From the human T2T-CHM13v2.0 reference genome, Homo sapiens, in assembly GCF_009914755.1 (NCBI RefSeq), contig NC_060932.1: a DNA stretch of 64,000 nucleotides. The stretch is one strand, 5' to 3'. Below are positions 42,746 to 62,592 of the stretch, in pieces (within the stretch, counting starts at the first letter, position 1; every line of letters begins with the position of its first letter). A program made the translations under genes and the position numbers. Below the pieces are notes generated by a model. That model saw only the letters and a list, made by a program, of their open reading frames with translations, had not been told where the DNA came from and made no database searches.

Positions 42746-43589
42746 GAGACCATTTCTCATTTAACTATTACTTTTCAGAACCAAGTATAATGCTAGCAAC
42801 AGTATATGCAAATGCAAAGAAAGGTTTTTTCATTTATTCATGTACAGAGATCTGCTATACATTCCTGGCATCATTCCAGGAACAAAAATTCAAAGACACT
42901 CAGACCTTGCTTGCCCTTAATGAGTTTCAACTACATATTCTTTGCTCCCAAGAAAAAAGGTATTTATCCTATATCCTCTTTCTCTCCAAAAGACAGAACA
43001 TTCACCAATGGCTTTACAGAATTTTGATGGTCCTGCTATCATGAACGGATATGGAAACTAAGACCTAATAATCCTTTTTTGACATTGCATGCATCATGTA
43101 ATATGAAGAGTGTCGGCCTGGGCATTAGGAAACCTGATTTCTATTGTTTAGAAAAAAACACTATTACTTTTAAAGAAAACAAAATCCAAACTCTTTATTA
43201 TGACCCTTACTTGTCAAGCCAAGTCTAACTCTCTAGTCTAAAGTCTCTCAGCACTGTCTCTTATGAATCCTACACTCTGGCAAAACTAAACTATTGTCAG
43301 TTTACAGAGCAACTTGTACTTTCTCTCACATCTCTATGCCATCTGCTGCTCCTTCTACCTAGATCTTCTTCCCATTGCTTAACTTGATGTACATGTGGTA
43401 GGGGCTGTTCTGTCTCACCCCAGGTTAGATGCCCCTCTCCTGCACTCCACAGCATTTCTTCACTCAATATAGGTTATTCAGTGACAGACACAAGCCATGC
43501 ACTGCACAAGGTATTGGACATGCACGGTACCAGAGACATGACCCTACCCCAAAGGAATCTTGTGGTGAAGCTTACTAGAGAGGCCATTA

Positions 43590-44018
<429 letters not shown>

Positions 44019-44479
44019 TTAAAACCAAAGTAAAGGTCAAAAAAGCTCCAGTTGGTTGCAGTTGGAAGCATTTCTTCTTTCCATGCACTCTGCCTTTCCT
44101 GCCTTTCTATTAGGAGTGTAAACCTAAAAACATCACTTGTTGAATTATTCTGACACTCTTGGAACTGGCTTTCTTCTCTTCATTAAATGTGAAGACAAAC
44201 CATCCCAGTTACTCCCCACATCTACTTTTTGTTCACCATTGTATACCCAACAGTATGCACCATTATCTAAAACAGCATCTAGAGCGCATGATTATCGATA
44301 AACATTTATATGATGCATGAATGACTTAATGAATAAATGAATGGATACACTGGCATTGAGTACCTCAGCCACATTCTGATAACCGCTTTTTGCTTTATGT
44401 TTTATTCTATGTAGTTAAAGGAGAATTTAAGCAAGTTACAAGCCTCCATTCTATCAAGACTAGGCTTACTGCCCACTTA

Positions 44480-44553
44480 CTGTTTTAGCAACAGGCAACT
44501 TAATGCATGTTGAATCCTGTTTTAGCAACAGGCAACTTAATGCATGTTGAATC
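44480..44553. repeat. Perfect 37-bp tandem duplication
   Basis: ctgttttagcaacaggcaacttaatgcatgttgaatc x2. Confidence 0.97.
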
Positions 44554-45465
44554 CTAACTCTTCTTATTCCATGATTTAATCCATCTTTACTAAGAACAGA
44601 AATCTATTTGTAACTATGAAACTGATAAAATATAAGTATAAAAATCTGAACTAGCTCAGAGTATAAAGTAGCTATTTCTCAAATTATAAAATTAAAAGTC
44701 TTAAATTCTTTTTCTCCAGATGGATAAAGAAAAATTAAAGTTGGCTTATTATACAATGATATACATGTTTATCTCCACATTCTCAACTCTGAAGATATTT
44801 TAAGATGGATATTCCCTACCCTTTGTGCATGAATGAGTGTATTTTAAGATAGGTATAAATAGATGCTTGGGCTGCTCTGAACCCTTTTCCCTTTTAACCT
44901 ACAAACTAAAATTTTCCATACCACACTAAATCTGTGCTTCATTATCACGTAGAATATTTCCTTTCACCACCTTGCTTTCAATGTTCTCATTTCAATGCAC
45001 AATCCAACTTGGCCAGCCTTCTATCATTCTTTTCTCACTACCTCCAAATAACAATCCTGATCATAACAATAGCAGCTTCATGTGTGTGGAGTGTCTATAT
45101 TAGCTCATTACTCCTCACAGCCCTAACTGGTTACTATAATTGTTTCCACTTTACATACAAGGAAACAGACTTAAAGAAGTTACTAAGTTTTCCAGGGTCA
45201 CACAGCAAAGAAGGGAGAGACCAGGAATTCAAATACTGGTTTATCAGCACTCAAAATCATGCTGCTATTCTTGCTTCCCAAATTAACCACGTAATATTGT
45301 TAAAACAATAAACATGATCTGGGCTTTCCAAAGCAAGCATGACAGAAAGTTCTTACCACAGCTGAGTAATGTTCAATATGACATATTGACAAATTATAAG
45401 TTATCTGGCTGGAATTAAACAAGTAGGATGAGCCCCTGGAAAAGAAAATGTCTGTTTGATGCTAA

Positions 45466-45806
<341 letters not shown>

Positions 45807-47469
45807 TAACCCAACATTTCTTAATCCATATCCTAACAATTTAACTCATCTATGAAGCTCCCCAATGTTCAAAATACACAACCACTTTATACCAATTTTC
45901 CCTTCTTCTAAACTCAGTCTATCAATAGTTCCTGCACTTAACACAAGCTGCAACCTATATTCTGAAAGAACACAGGCCAGAAGTAACTTTCTGAAAAACC
46001 AAAAATACATTAAGAATGTGAATATGTTATGAAAATCACCAGAGCAAACAAAAGCTTCTTTATGCTTCAAAATAATTTTTTAGCCAAAAATATTCTAATA
46101 CTAGACTGGCACTGCTCAAAGGTGGGAATACTGTGTCTCATTCACTATCTCTGCACTGATGCTTAGTACACGGTTTGCCATCTAACTGGTACTAAGCTAC
46201 TGACTAAACCAATACCCTAAAAGAGGCTGTAAAATTATTGAATTTTAAAAACCAATATTAACAGTAATAACTTGCCCATTTTGTATGCATAGCAAATGAC
46301 GAATATAAACTGTTTTCCAGTTTTTAGATCAATATAAATCAGGGAATGATGAAGATTAGCCCTTAAATTCCCACAGTAGAAATAACTACACTGTTAGGAA
46401 CTGTACTTATGAACATCGAGTTGATCCTGCCCAAAAAAAAAATCGTTTTTAATTATTTATATGACTAGCCAAGCACTAAGAACTATATATCACATTTACA
46501 AAAGAGTTACAATTCACAATAATCTCTACTAAACAGAAGAGAAAAAACAGATTAGAGAGTTTAAGGAGCTTGGTCAACATCATACAGGGAGCAAGGATCA
46601 GATATGAATGCAAAGCAAAAATCTGTCTACAGCTTGTGCTCTTCACCGCTGTTCTATTCTGCATTGTAAAAAATATCCCCACAAAATTATATTGTGTGAA
46701 AGGCTTAAAATGTCAAAGAGACATTATTCTACTTAAACTAATCAATAGGCATAGTCAATACATTCAACACAAGACAACTCTTCTATCATACTTGAGAAAA
46801 CTAATGGCTATCATGATATATGGTAAGGGCCATGTTGTCTACCTGAGAAAAACACCAAAAGAAACTATGGGAACAGACACCAAAAAAAGGATCTATCTAT
46901 AAGCCAAATTCAAGAAATAATTCGAGCAGCAACTCCTATGGGGGCTGGAAGAGGTAACTGATCAGGGACGCAAAATCATTTGAGCATCATGGCCCAGCTG
47001 AAACTGGTGACCATTACCTGAGTAACAGAAGCAGTTTGCGAAGTGAACAGCTTCAGGTTTAGATAAGGAAAAATAAGCACATTGCACCCTGTCACTCCTC
47101 TTGAAAGCAACTAGAAAGCCTGAACAGAGTAACTGCAGAAGCTATTTGAGGACTCTGAAAAGTAAACAGTAGCAGGTGGATGAGGGAGGAATAGAATTCA
47201 AACCACCACCAAATCAGCATATTTAAACAAGACCCAGAGTCTCCTCCTAACATAACATCCAAAAAGTCGGGGATACAATCCAAACTTACTCTGCACAGGA
47301 GGAACCAGGAAAACCTCAATTCCCATAGAAAAAGAAAATCAAGACAAGCCAATACTGAGATGACACAAAGGTCAGAATTATCTCACAAAGACTTTAAAAC
47401 AGCTATTATACAAATAATCCTATAAACAAGCACACACACAATATACTTGCTATCACTAATTATCTTCCC

Positions 47470-48869
47470 TTTATCTCACCTCTCCACCAGAACTTCTCTA
47501 TCCAAGATTACCAATGACCTCAATACTGCTAAATCCAATGGTCAATACTTAGATATTACTTCCTCTGTCAGCTGCAACTGACAGGTAATTATTCCTGCTT
47601 CCCTTCTCTTGCTTTCCAGGACACCATCTTCTCCTGGTTTTCTTCTTACCTCACAGGTGGTTTCTTTCCAGTCTCTACAGCTGTTCTTCCTCTTCTTGCA
47701 AACTTGTCAATTCTAGAGTTCCCCAAGACTCTGTCCTTTCTCTTATTTATGCTCACCTCCTAGGCAAGCTCACTTTAAAAGCTACCTTTATGCTAACTGT
47801 AGCTCAGATTTCTTCCAAAATCCCAACTTGAAAATCCAGTTGCCTGGTTGTTGTGCTAGACTGTTGTCAATTCTGCATCATTACCACCTTCTATATTCAC
47901 CTGTGTGACATAGGGAAGCCAGAACTACATTTCCTACAAACCCCTTCCTGCTACAACTCAGGGTTAGAGTCAACTAATAAGGGCAACTCGTGCAAGACTG
48001 GTAAGATAAAAGAGCACACTACCCTCTGGAGGCAGCTGTAGGCTGATGTGCTGGGAGAAAAAAATAACTGACCTACTTCTGAAACTAAGACCTAGATAGA
48101 GCAGCTCCTACTAGGAATTCCCAGCAGCTTCGGAGAAACTCCAAGAACCATCCACTTCAACCACAGCAGCAGAGGCTTCAATTCTGAGACCTCTGCCCAT
48201 CTCAGATGAGCTCCTGGGAAGTACACACTGTGAACAGCTGCTTCCTGGACCTTCAATTCTCCAACCCTTCCAACAGTAGTGAAGGACTATAATCCTGTGT
48301 ATTTAAAAAAGTGTCTAGAGCAGCTTCTCTTTTCCTGAACAATTCCTCATGGATACACTATGCTGGGGACCAGCTTCTAGATCCTCAGAGAAGTGAAACA
48401 TCAGTTAAGCGAATAAAAATGTCCAAGAGACATTTCAAAGCTCAGATATTGATCTTTCTCCTCCAAACCTTCTTTACACACTCTTCTCTATGTCAGTTCT
48501 TGGCAACTCTCTCCTTCCAGTTGTCCAGGCCAAAAAACAATGGATGTCATCCTTGTCTCTTTTATTCCTCACACTCCATGTTCAACCTTGTCAGCAAATA
48601 ATGTCAGCTCTTCCTGGCAAATCTGCCAAGAAACTGTCCACTTTGCTCCACATCCTCCACCATCACCACGACTTGTGCCATCATCACCATTCACTCAAAT
48701 GAACTCAACAGCCACCTGACAGGTCCCCTGCTTCTAACCTTGCTGCTCTGGTGCCTATCCTCAACATTGCAGATGAAGTCAAATCTCAATCTGATTGCAG
48801 ATGAAGTCAAATCTCAATCAGATGTCATCACTTCTCTGCTCAAAACCCTAAATGGCTCTCCATCTTATG

Positions 48870-48870
<1 letters not shown>
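47470..48870 (+). mobile_element. L2 fragment interrupted by an LTR33-like LTR (~47850-48360)
   Basis: L2 motif caagattaccaatgacctcaatactgctaaatccaatggtcaa and LTR motif agccagaactacatttcc. Confidence 0.65.
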
Positions 48871-50778
<1,908 letters not shown>

Positions 50779-51215
50779 TTTAGTCAACTAGATTCCCAGG
50801 TCTTCCGCACACTGGTAGAGTTAAGACACGTTTTGTCCAGCTTTAGCTTTCTCAGTTGCTTTTCCTTTTAAACTAAGTCTGCCATTTTACATTTATTGCT
50901 GACAAATTTCCACCCTATGGATTTTACCACTTCATTACCACCTGTCAAAATATTTTAAAAATCTAAAATTCTAAAAATGAACTGTCTCCCAGTGTGACTC
51001 CTGTTCTTTATTCAAATCCCTGATAGAAATTTAGAACAGATGTCAAGTATGACACACTTCTGGAGACATCCTCACCTGTGTGTAGAAATTCTAATTTTTC
51101 AGTTTCGTGGTAAATGTTACTGTATGTGGTTACAACATATCTTATATCTAGGAGCAATAATAATTTCTTGAACTCCCTAGTAATGACAGAAATAATAATT
51201 TGCTTTGCTAGGGCT

Positions 51216-51400
51216 TATGCAGTAAAGGATTAACCGCCTTGCTCAAAGAAAAGTTTGGCCCTTTGCCCAGATCCTGGGAGGTAATCTTTAAGCTCTTGGA
51301 AGCTCGTCCGATAAAGCTGTCTTTGTTTACCTGGGGACCCTGACCCACAGCAAACACCAGGCTTGACCTTTGGATGGGGCTGGAGAGTAAGCTCACCTAT
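51216..51400. mobile_element. MER21-like LTR fragment
   Basis: tttggccctttgcccagatcctgggaggtaatctttaagctcttggaa. Confidence 0.6.
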
Positions 51401-53559
51401 GATTCTCCATCAAATGGTCATTTGACTTTTCTGGGTTATTTACTTACTCATCTCTAAAGTAAAAGCTTTGGATCCTAAATTTAGATATACCCCTAAAATT
51501 CTAGATTACGTAAAGCAAAGAGTAAAAGGGGCACACATACACACACACGTAAAAAAAAAAAGCAGCAGAAAAGTTTGCTTTCCAATAAAATGGTCAAAAA
51601 GGCAAACTCATAGGATAGATGTAAATCAAAGACATCAGCTCTTTGCCAGCCACATAATCAACCATGTACTGTTTAAAATTAACCCACATGTTGACAACAT
51701 GCACTTAAACTAAGTTATTTCTGCTATCTGATTTCTCAAGGCAATTCCTTAGGATCCAATACTATTTTTTCCAAACAGAAAACAAAACTTGCCACCTAAA
51801 CTTTGCCATGACCTAGGCAAAGTAGATTCAAAGCTTTTTTCCTACCTTGGAATTACAATTACCCCCAGCGTGAAATTCTGAGAGTGATATCTTAACCAGT
51901 CTAGGTTTTCACTTTTGACTTCTATGCCACTGCTAGATTCCATCATTTCTTATATCTTTGCCCCATCACACTTTGCCTTTAATAGAAGTCACAATTTTTC
52001 TCAACAGGAAAGAAGAAACTTTCTTACAGATTGCCCCATTTTCACTCTCTTAAGTTCTCTCTGCTCCATATGGAGCAGCTTACCAAGTTCATCAAATCTC
52101 TGCAGGGACTGCTATTATCTGTAGTCTGTAATCCCTAAATTACATGTAATAATGCTGACATCAAGTATGAACCAATCCAGTGCAGACTCCAGAACACAAT
52201 ACGAATCTGCCTGATGCTCATATCTCAACAACTGCTCGGCGGCCACCCTGCTTCTCCTGCTTTGCTCAACTAAGGGCTCATCATGACAGCACGATTTAGG
52301 GATTGTCTTACAACTCACTATTTACACATTTCTAATCCAACTGAGGAAACTACACTCATTTATGGTACTGGTGTATCCTACCTAAAAGTGACACCATCTC
52401 TCATAGCCACATGAATACTAAGATACGTTAATACTCTACAAACTTTAGCTTTCTCTAATGTTCATAGCATGTTGAAGCATTCCATGCCCGTCAGTCTCCA
52501 GCTCGCTTTTTATGTACCAAAAATGTGTCTTATTCTGTCTTTCGGAAAGGAGGAGAAACTAGGGAAAAACATTCCAATTGCTGGTTGATACAGTTCAACT
52601 TAGAAAACAGTTGCATGTGTTTGCATTTTACTTGGCAGTTTGAGATGCATTACATTTAAAGTAAAAATCCTGTGATTGGGATGATGTTTCCCTTGCCAAC
52701 ACAAACCTTTAGAGTACACCAGATGTGTACAATCTAACAAAAAGTGATTCCTCCTTTTGGTTGGACTCCTTTCTGATAATGTGATGAAAGCTCTAGAATT
52801 CTCTCCCCAGGGAAAAACAGCTCACATACACACACAATTCTGCTTAGAATTTCAGGGGTTCATGGACCTAAGAGACAATGTTCCCTCATCAAAGCAATCA
52901 CTAAGATATTCCAGGAAAAAAAAAATTAAGAGCAAAAAGATCTTCATGAACTCATCACCAAAGAAAAAATCTGGAAGCCATCCTGGAATTACGCTGGATT
53001 CCTTCTCTCTCAGCCTTGCCATTTCACTTACTTAGTCACGCCTGTAGATGAACTCAGAAACAGGCTTCACATCAATCCCTACTCTCCATTTCCTCAGTTG
53101 TGCCCTTAAGTCCTTCATTTATATGTACAACATAATTAAAAGAACATATAGTCTATTATTAAATAGACTGTATGTTACTAAATTCGACCTCTGAACTTTA
53201 TCCCTCTCACTTTACTAAATAACAGCAGGTGAGCCATTTCCTTAATGACAAAGGTTGGGTGACTTTTCCCCTTCTAATGTGGATTACTACCTTCCTTACT
53301 GATCTTGTGCCTCTAGTCCAGTCATCCTCCTACCATCTAAATCTGTTCTTGCTGCCCTAGGATGTAAAAAATTTATATCAGAATCAAGTGCAAACTGCTT
53401 TGATCCTGCCCAGTATCGACTGCATATCCTTCTCTACCCGACCCAACCTATTTCTCCACATGTGATAAAAATATTCAGTTCCACAAAACCCCAGCCTCTC
53501 ACACCTCCATGCCTTTGCACATGAGTGGAATCCACTTCCCATCTTCCGCTGAAAAATAC

Positions 53560-53779
53560 TTTACAAAGAGGTCACCACATCTAGTCCACAGCCAGTTTTT
53601 ACATGGTTCCTGGACTAAGAATGATTTTTACATTATTAAAGCGTTGAGGAGAGGGGGGAGGGGGAAGAAAGGAAGAAAAAATTAGAGGAAATGCGATAGG
53701 CTGTATGTGTATATGCGACCCCCGAAGGCTGAAGTTTCTACTCTCCGGCCTTTAAGAGGGGAAGTCTGCCGACCCCTGA
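53560..53779. mobile_element. MER58-family hAT element
   Basis: ctaagaatgattttacatt...gaagtctgccgacccctg. Confidence 0.7.
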
Positions 53780-55156
53780 GGTTGGGCATCACAAGGGACT
53801 TGCCCTCCAGATTGCCTGAGCACGCTAAGAGACAACTGCACACATCATGCTGCATGCCAGGGAACTATAACAGTCTCACTCCCCCTCAAGTCTATACCTT
53901 CAGGGCTTAATACCGTACCAGGCACAAAACAGTATTTTTTAAATGGCGAACAAATGAATTAACTGAATGAACCAGCTCAAGAACTGGTGAAATCACATTA
54001 AATGGAAAGGACCTGTGCCTTTAGTAGTAAAACACTACTTACGTCTGTTAAAGATACTATTAACAACATTAGCACCTTACATTTGTATACCACTCTACAC
54101 AGTAACTGCACATATAACCTCAAAGGCTAAGACCATAAAAACTACACTTTATAAATAAGGACTTGAGAAGCACAGAAACTAACTTGCCAAAAGTCACATG
54201 ACTAAAGGCAGAGCCAATATTTGAAGTTGGGTCTTGTTTCTTAGATAAAATGCATTTTCTCTTAAACAGACTACACAACTACAATATCTAGACACTTACA
54301 CAATACCTCTCTACAAAAATCACAATACCTAGACACTTCAATTATTAATGCCTGAGATTCAGGAGACAGATAAAATTTAATTTCTGAGCCACTATTTAAC
54401 TGATAATTTTCAAGTTAATGCTACTTTCTGGGGAGAAAAAAATGAAATGGACACCCAAAATAAACACTAGGCTAAAAGGTCCCAGAATAACCACAAGCTA
54501 AAAATTTTCTCTTTTCCTTAAGAATCAGTCCTTGGGAAAGCAACACAAAATTAAACAGCTTAATTAACAAATGCCACTGAAAGGAAAGCAGCTGCAGTCA
54601 CAGCATGAACTCCTTGCCTGTCAGCTAAGCTAAAACAAACTGGCAGTTGAGGCAGTCACTTGTCTTTAAGCTTCAGTTTGGGTAGAACAGAATCCAAAAG
54701 CTGATAATGTACATTAACACCTCAACTTCAGCCAGAAAACAACACAAGTGTTTCCAGAGGCAGAAAATAGAAACTCTATTAACTTTTTAAAAAGCCTAAT
54801 AATGTTAGTCTAATCTTTTTTTCATAACTAAGGTATAACTTAGGCATAGCTGGAGTTTAAGTGGCTAGGTACCTAAAAGTTTCTGAGTTGAGACCAAGAT
54901 TTTAGCCAAATTCTACTACAATATAGGTCTATTTAAGACAACATTAATTTCAAAGAATTGGTAACATACAGAACACATTTTCTGACTACAATCCAATTCT
55001 AGAAATGTCACAAGATACAATGAAAAAAAGCTCATTTGTTTGTAATTTATCAAACACTTTAAAATAAATCATGAATCATCAAAGGAATCAGTAGAATTTA
55101 CAAAATATGTCTAAATATTAAACTTCTTTATTAAATAGAACAATAAATGCTTTATG

Positions 55157-55760
55157 GGCCAGGTGTGGTGGCTCCTGCCTGTAAATCCAGCACTTTGGGA
55201 GGCCAAGGCGGGAAGACTGCTTAAGCCCAGGAGCTAGAGACCAAGTTTGGCAACATAGTGGGACCCTATCTCTAAAGAAAATTTAAAAATTAGCCAGGTG
55301 TGGTAATGTGTACACCTGCTAGTCCCAGAAACTCAGAAGGCTGAAGCAGGAGGATCGCTTGAACCTGGGAGGTCAAGACTGCAGTGTGCAGCATGGGCGC
55401 GGTAGCTCACGTCTGTAATCCCAGCACTTTGGGAGGCCAAAGTGGGCAGATCACGAGGTCAGGAGATCGAGACCATCCTGGCCAACACGGTGAAACCCCA
55501 TCTCTACTAAAAATACAAAAAATAGCTGGGCATGGTGGTGCACACCTGTAGTCCCAGCTACTCAGGAGGCTGAGGCAGGAGAACTGCTTGCACCCAGGAG
55601 GCGGAGGTTGCAGTGAGACGAGACAGCACCACTCCCCTCCAGCCTGGGCGACAGAGCAAGACTGTCCAAAAAAAAAAAAATACTGCAGTGAGCTGTGATC
55701 GTCCAACTGGACTCCAGCCTAAGTGACAGAATGAGACTTTGCCTCAAAATAATAATAATA
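55157..55760 (+). mobile_element. AluSc-like (55390-55681) nested in an AluJ
   Basis: Inner TSD actgcagtg, outer TSD aataaatgctttatg. Confidence 0.92.
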
Positions 55761-55909
55761 AATGCTTTATGAACTAAATAAAAATACTTCACATCAAAAC
55801 TTAGCCCTTGGATAAAGAGAGATTCCTTAAAAAAATCAAAACAATAAAAAGTACTCATCATAAAGGAAAAAAGAAATAAAGCTTATGACATTAAAATTAA
55901 GAACTTTAG

Positions 55910-57325
<1,416 letters not shown>

Positions 57326-57340
57326 AAGAACTTTAGCTCC

Positions 57341-58380
57341 AAGACACCTCACAGGTAAAAAAAACAAACCACAAACTGGAAGAAAATATTCACAACACAT
57401 AATGATAAAGGATTGCAATCCACACATAGAAAGAACAGCTACAAGTCAATTAAAAAAAAAAAAAGGCCAGAAACTTAATAGGTCCTTCACAGAAGACAAA
57501 ACAGATAGCAAATATATTAAAAGTGGCTCAACATCATTACTAATAAGGGAAGTTCAAATTAAAGCCACAATAAGATATGACACAACCTCCAAAATGACAA
57601 AACTGAAAAAGTCAGACAAAATAAACTACAGACAAGGATGTGGAACAACAGGAGTGATACGGTTTGGCTGTGTCCCCACCCAAATCTCATCTTGAATTGT
57701 AGCTCCCACAATTCCTATGTGTTGTGGCAGGGACCGGTGGGAGGTAACTGAATCATAAGGCGGGCTCTTTCCCGTGATGTTCTCGTGATACTAAGTTTCA
57801 TGAGATCTGATGGTTTTATGAGGGGGAGTTCCCTTATACAAGCTCTCTTGACTGCTGCCATCCATGTACAATGTGACTTTGCTCCTCCTTGCCTCCTACC
57901 ATGATTGTGGGGCCTCCCCAGCCATGTGGAATGTAAGTCAATTAAATCTCTTTCCTTTCTAAATTACCCAGTCTCGGATATGTCTTTATCAGTAGCGTGA
58001 AAACAAACTAATACAAGGAGTCATTATATTAGTGGTGATATAAATTGGTATAACTACTTTGGGAAGCAATTTGGCAGTAACTAGTCAGGTTGAAGACTGG
58101 CCAGCCCTATAACTCAGCAATCACACTCCTAGATACATAGGCTATGCACATCCATGTCTATGAGCAATAAGAGTGTTCACATTTGTGTGGCAGTGTTTGC
58201 AGTACAGCAAGAGACTGCAAGCAAACCAACTGCCCATCAATTGTAGGCTAGATTACACAACAGTGAAAATGAATGAAAACTATCATACAGCACCTAAGTT
58301 TTAAAATCAGAGTGCAGGATGGGAGGAAAAAAGAAAATCAAGTCATATAAAGACATATAGCATGATACCCTTAGTATAAA
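57341..58380 (+). mobile_element. Old L1M fragment (host of the L1PA and THE1 insertions)
   Basis: ctcaacatcattactaataagggaagttcaaattaaagccacaataagata and taactcagcaatcacactcctag. Confidence 0.75.
57655..58015 (+). mobile_element. THE1B-like solo LTR
   Basis: tgatacggtttggctgtgtccccacccaaatctc...ctaataca, perfect TSD aggag. Confidence 0.94.
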
Positions 58381-58384
58381 GTTC

Positions 58385-59167
<783 letters not shown>

Positions 59168-59574
59168 AAGAAATGGAAAAAAACAATATCATTCAATGAC
59201 CACTGTTTTAAATGTCAGGGATTCAACAGGGAACAGAGAAACATTTTGCCCTCAGACTTTATGTCACCACCAAGAGAGAAAGAAACTAAAAAGTAAGTAA
59301 AATACAAACAGTAACAGATGGTGAAAAGGGCTTGAAAAGAAATGAAACACTGAGCGGGGCCAAGGAAGGATGTCTTCAGGAGAGGTGACTTAAGGCTTCA
59401 CTTACAGAGTGGCACCGGTGTGAGGGGTGGGAGTGGGATGGGACAGAACCTGTGGGGCAGGAGGGAAGGGTATGTGATCAGGGAACACACACTGGCCTTT
59501 CAAGGGCATGGGAAAATCCCACTGTTGAAGCTGGGCAGGAGGTACCTAGGAGTTTGCTTTGTTATCACCCTCTA

Positions 59575-59893
59575 CACGAGAACAGCAAACTATGACCCAC
59601 AGGCCAATGTGGCCCCACTTGTTTTTGTACAACCTGTGAGCTAAAAATGGTTTTACATCGTATATGGTTAAAGAAACTAAAACAATGTTTCACGGCATGT
59701 GAAAATTATAGAAAATTCAGATTTCAGTGTCTAAAGTTTTACTAGACACAGCCAGCTCATTCCTTTACATACAGCCCATGGATGCTGTAGCACTGTACAG
59801 CAGAGCTGAGTACTTGTGAGAGGTCACAGGTGGCCTGCAAAGCCTAGAATGTTTACTGTCTAGCCCTTCACGAAGAAAGTCTGCTAGCCCCTG
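59575..59893. mobile_element. MER58B
   Basis: cagcaaactatgacccacaggccaa...ggcctgcaaagcctagaatgtttact...cccctg. Confidence 0.85.
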
Positions 59894-60293
59894 ACCTAGG
59901 GCATAACTAGGGACTTAACCAAGGCTGACTTGGGTGTCCTTCCTCCAGGTTCTCAGAGCTCAGAGCATTCTTGAAGAAGGTAGAGATTATCTCTACCTTA
60001 TATTTTACACATATTCTTTTGTATTTCTTCAGTTTAATCATTTTTTGAAAAAGATTAGCATATTTCTTTCATAAATATTGCTCTATTAAAGCTCCACGCT
60101 TCACCAACTCAATAAAAAAAAAAAAAAAAATGACTCAGTTAAAAACAGACATGTACTGCTATCAGGAACATTAAACCAATACAGCAAAGCATAGCAAGCT
60201 ACAGTTTATTTTGATTCAAGTACAGTTTTAAGAAAAGAACCTTCCAACTAAAGGCTCCAAGTCTGTGGAGAGTCCCCACCGCCTTGCTTAGCT

Positions 60294-60771
<478 letters not shown>

Positions 60772-61151
60772 TTATGTCACATTTTAGCAGGAGTTGTCCA
60801 ATGTTAGCGTACGTTTTCAGAAGCAAGTTACTTCACAACTTTTAAGTATGAACCAGTACCTTTAAAGAGTTAACAATACTTATTAAATAATAACCATGGC
60901 TGAAAGTGGTAATGAATAAACAGGGAATTCATTACAACATTGTTTCTGTATATGTTTGAAAACTTCTACAAGGTTTTCACATTGAAGCTTTGTATTTTTA
61001 GTTATTAAATACGCATTTAACAGAAAAGTCACAGAATTCTCACTTGAAAGAATTCTATCTTTCAAAATCCTTAGTACAAAATATAGTTTTCCATCATCCT
61101 TACTAGTGGCAACTAAAAAAAGAAACAAACAGATGCTTATTTTAAAATCTA

Positions 61152-61499
<348 letters not shown>

Positions 61500-61574
61500 C
61501 TAAAGGAATACTATGTAGTTGTATTATCTTAAAGTTTTCCAAGTCCTTGTTGAAGCCCCAATACAAACACCTAC

Positions 61575-61689
61575 TTCTTTAATGTGTAAGAAAAGCATTA
61601 TAACTGGTAAACTTGTCCATGTGCCTGCCAGTCTTTATGAAGACGGATGGTGTATTCCTCCAGTACAAGAAGGCTGGTTCATCACTGTC
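61575..61689 (-). other. Candidate leader exon (115 nt) behind a (CCTT)n tract
   Basis: About 100 nt of pyrimidines, then ctctctctag|GACAGTGATG...AAAGAA|gtaggt. Confidence 0.4.
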
Positions 61690-61691
61690 CT

Positions 61692-61792
61692 AGAGAGAGG
61701 GAAGTGAAGGAAGGAAGGAAGGAAGAAGGAAGGAAGGAAAGGAGGAAGGAGGGAAGGAGGGAGGGAGAGAAGAAGGGAGGGAGGGAGGGAGG
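61692..61792. repeat. (GGAA/GGGA)n purine tract
   Basis: About 100 nt, almost purely A/G. Confidence 0.93.
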
Positions 61793-61894
61793 TGCAATTT
61801 TACAAACTGAGCAAAGATGCAGGGAAGACTCAGCACTTTGAAAACTGGCAAACTTTTAATGTAAACATTTACTTTTAATAACTGTTACCTTTCA

Positions 61895-62353
<459 letters not shown>

Positions 62354-62434
62354 CTACCGCAATCAACAGTGGTTATTCAACTTTCAAACTAAGACTCAGT
62401 GCCACCTTGCAACCCACACTTTGAAAACCAATGC

Positions 62435-62592
62435 CTAGCTACTCCAAGTATGGTCCACAGACCACCAGCCCTGGCATCACCTGGGAACTTAGGAAAAATG
62501 CAAGTCTGAGCCCTTCCCAGACAGACTGAATTGGAACTTAAAATATAACGAGATCCCTGGGTGGCATGTATGCACTTAAACGCTGAGAAGCC
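62435..62592. mobile_element. MER5A-like hAT element
   Basis: ggcatcacctgggaacttaggaaaaatgcaa...gatccctgggtggcatgtatgcac. Confidence 0.8.

Noticed and set aside
42790-43044. 84-aa ATG-initiated ORF in apparently unique sequence
   Set aside because: No recognisable homology, promoter or splice context. It is antisense to the host gene and its length is compatible with chance.
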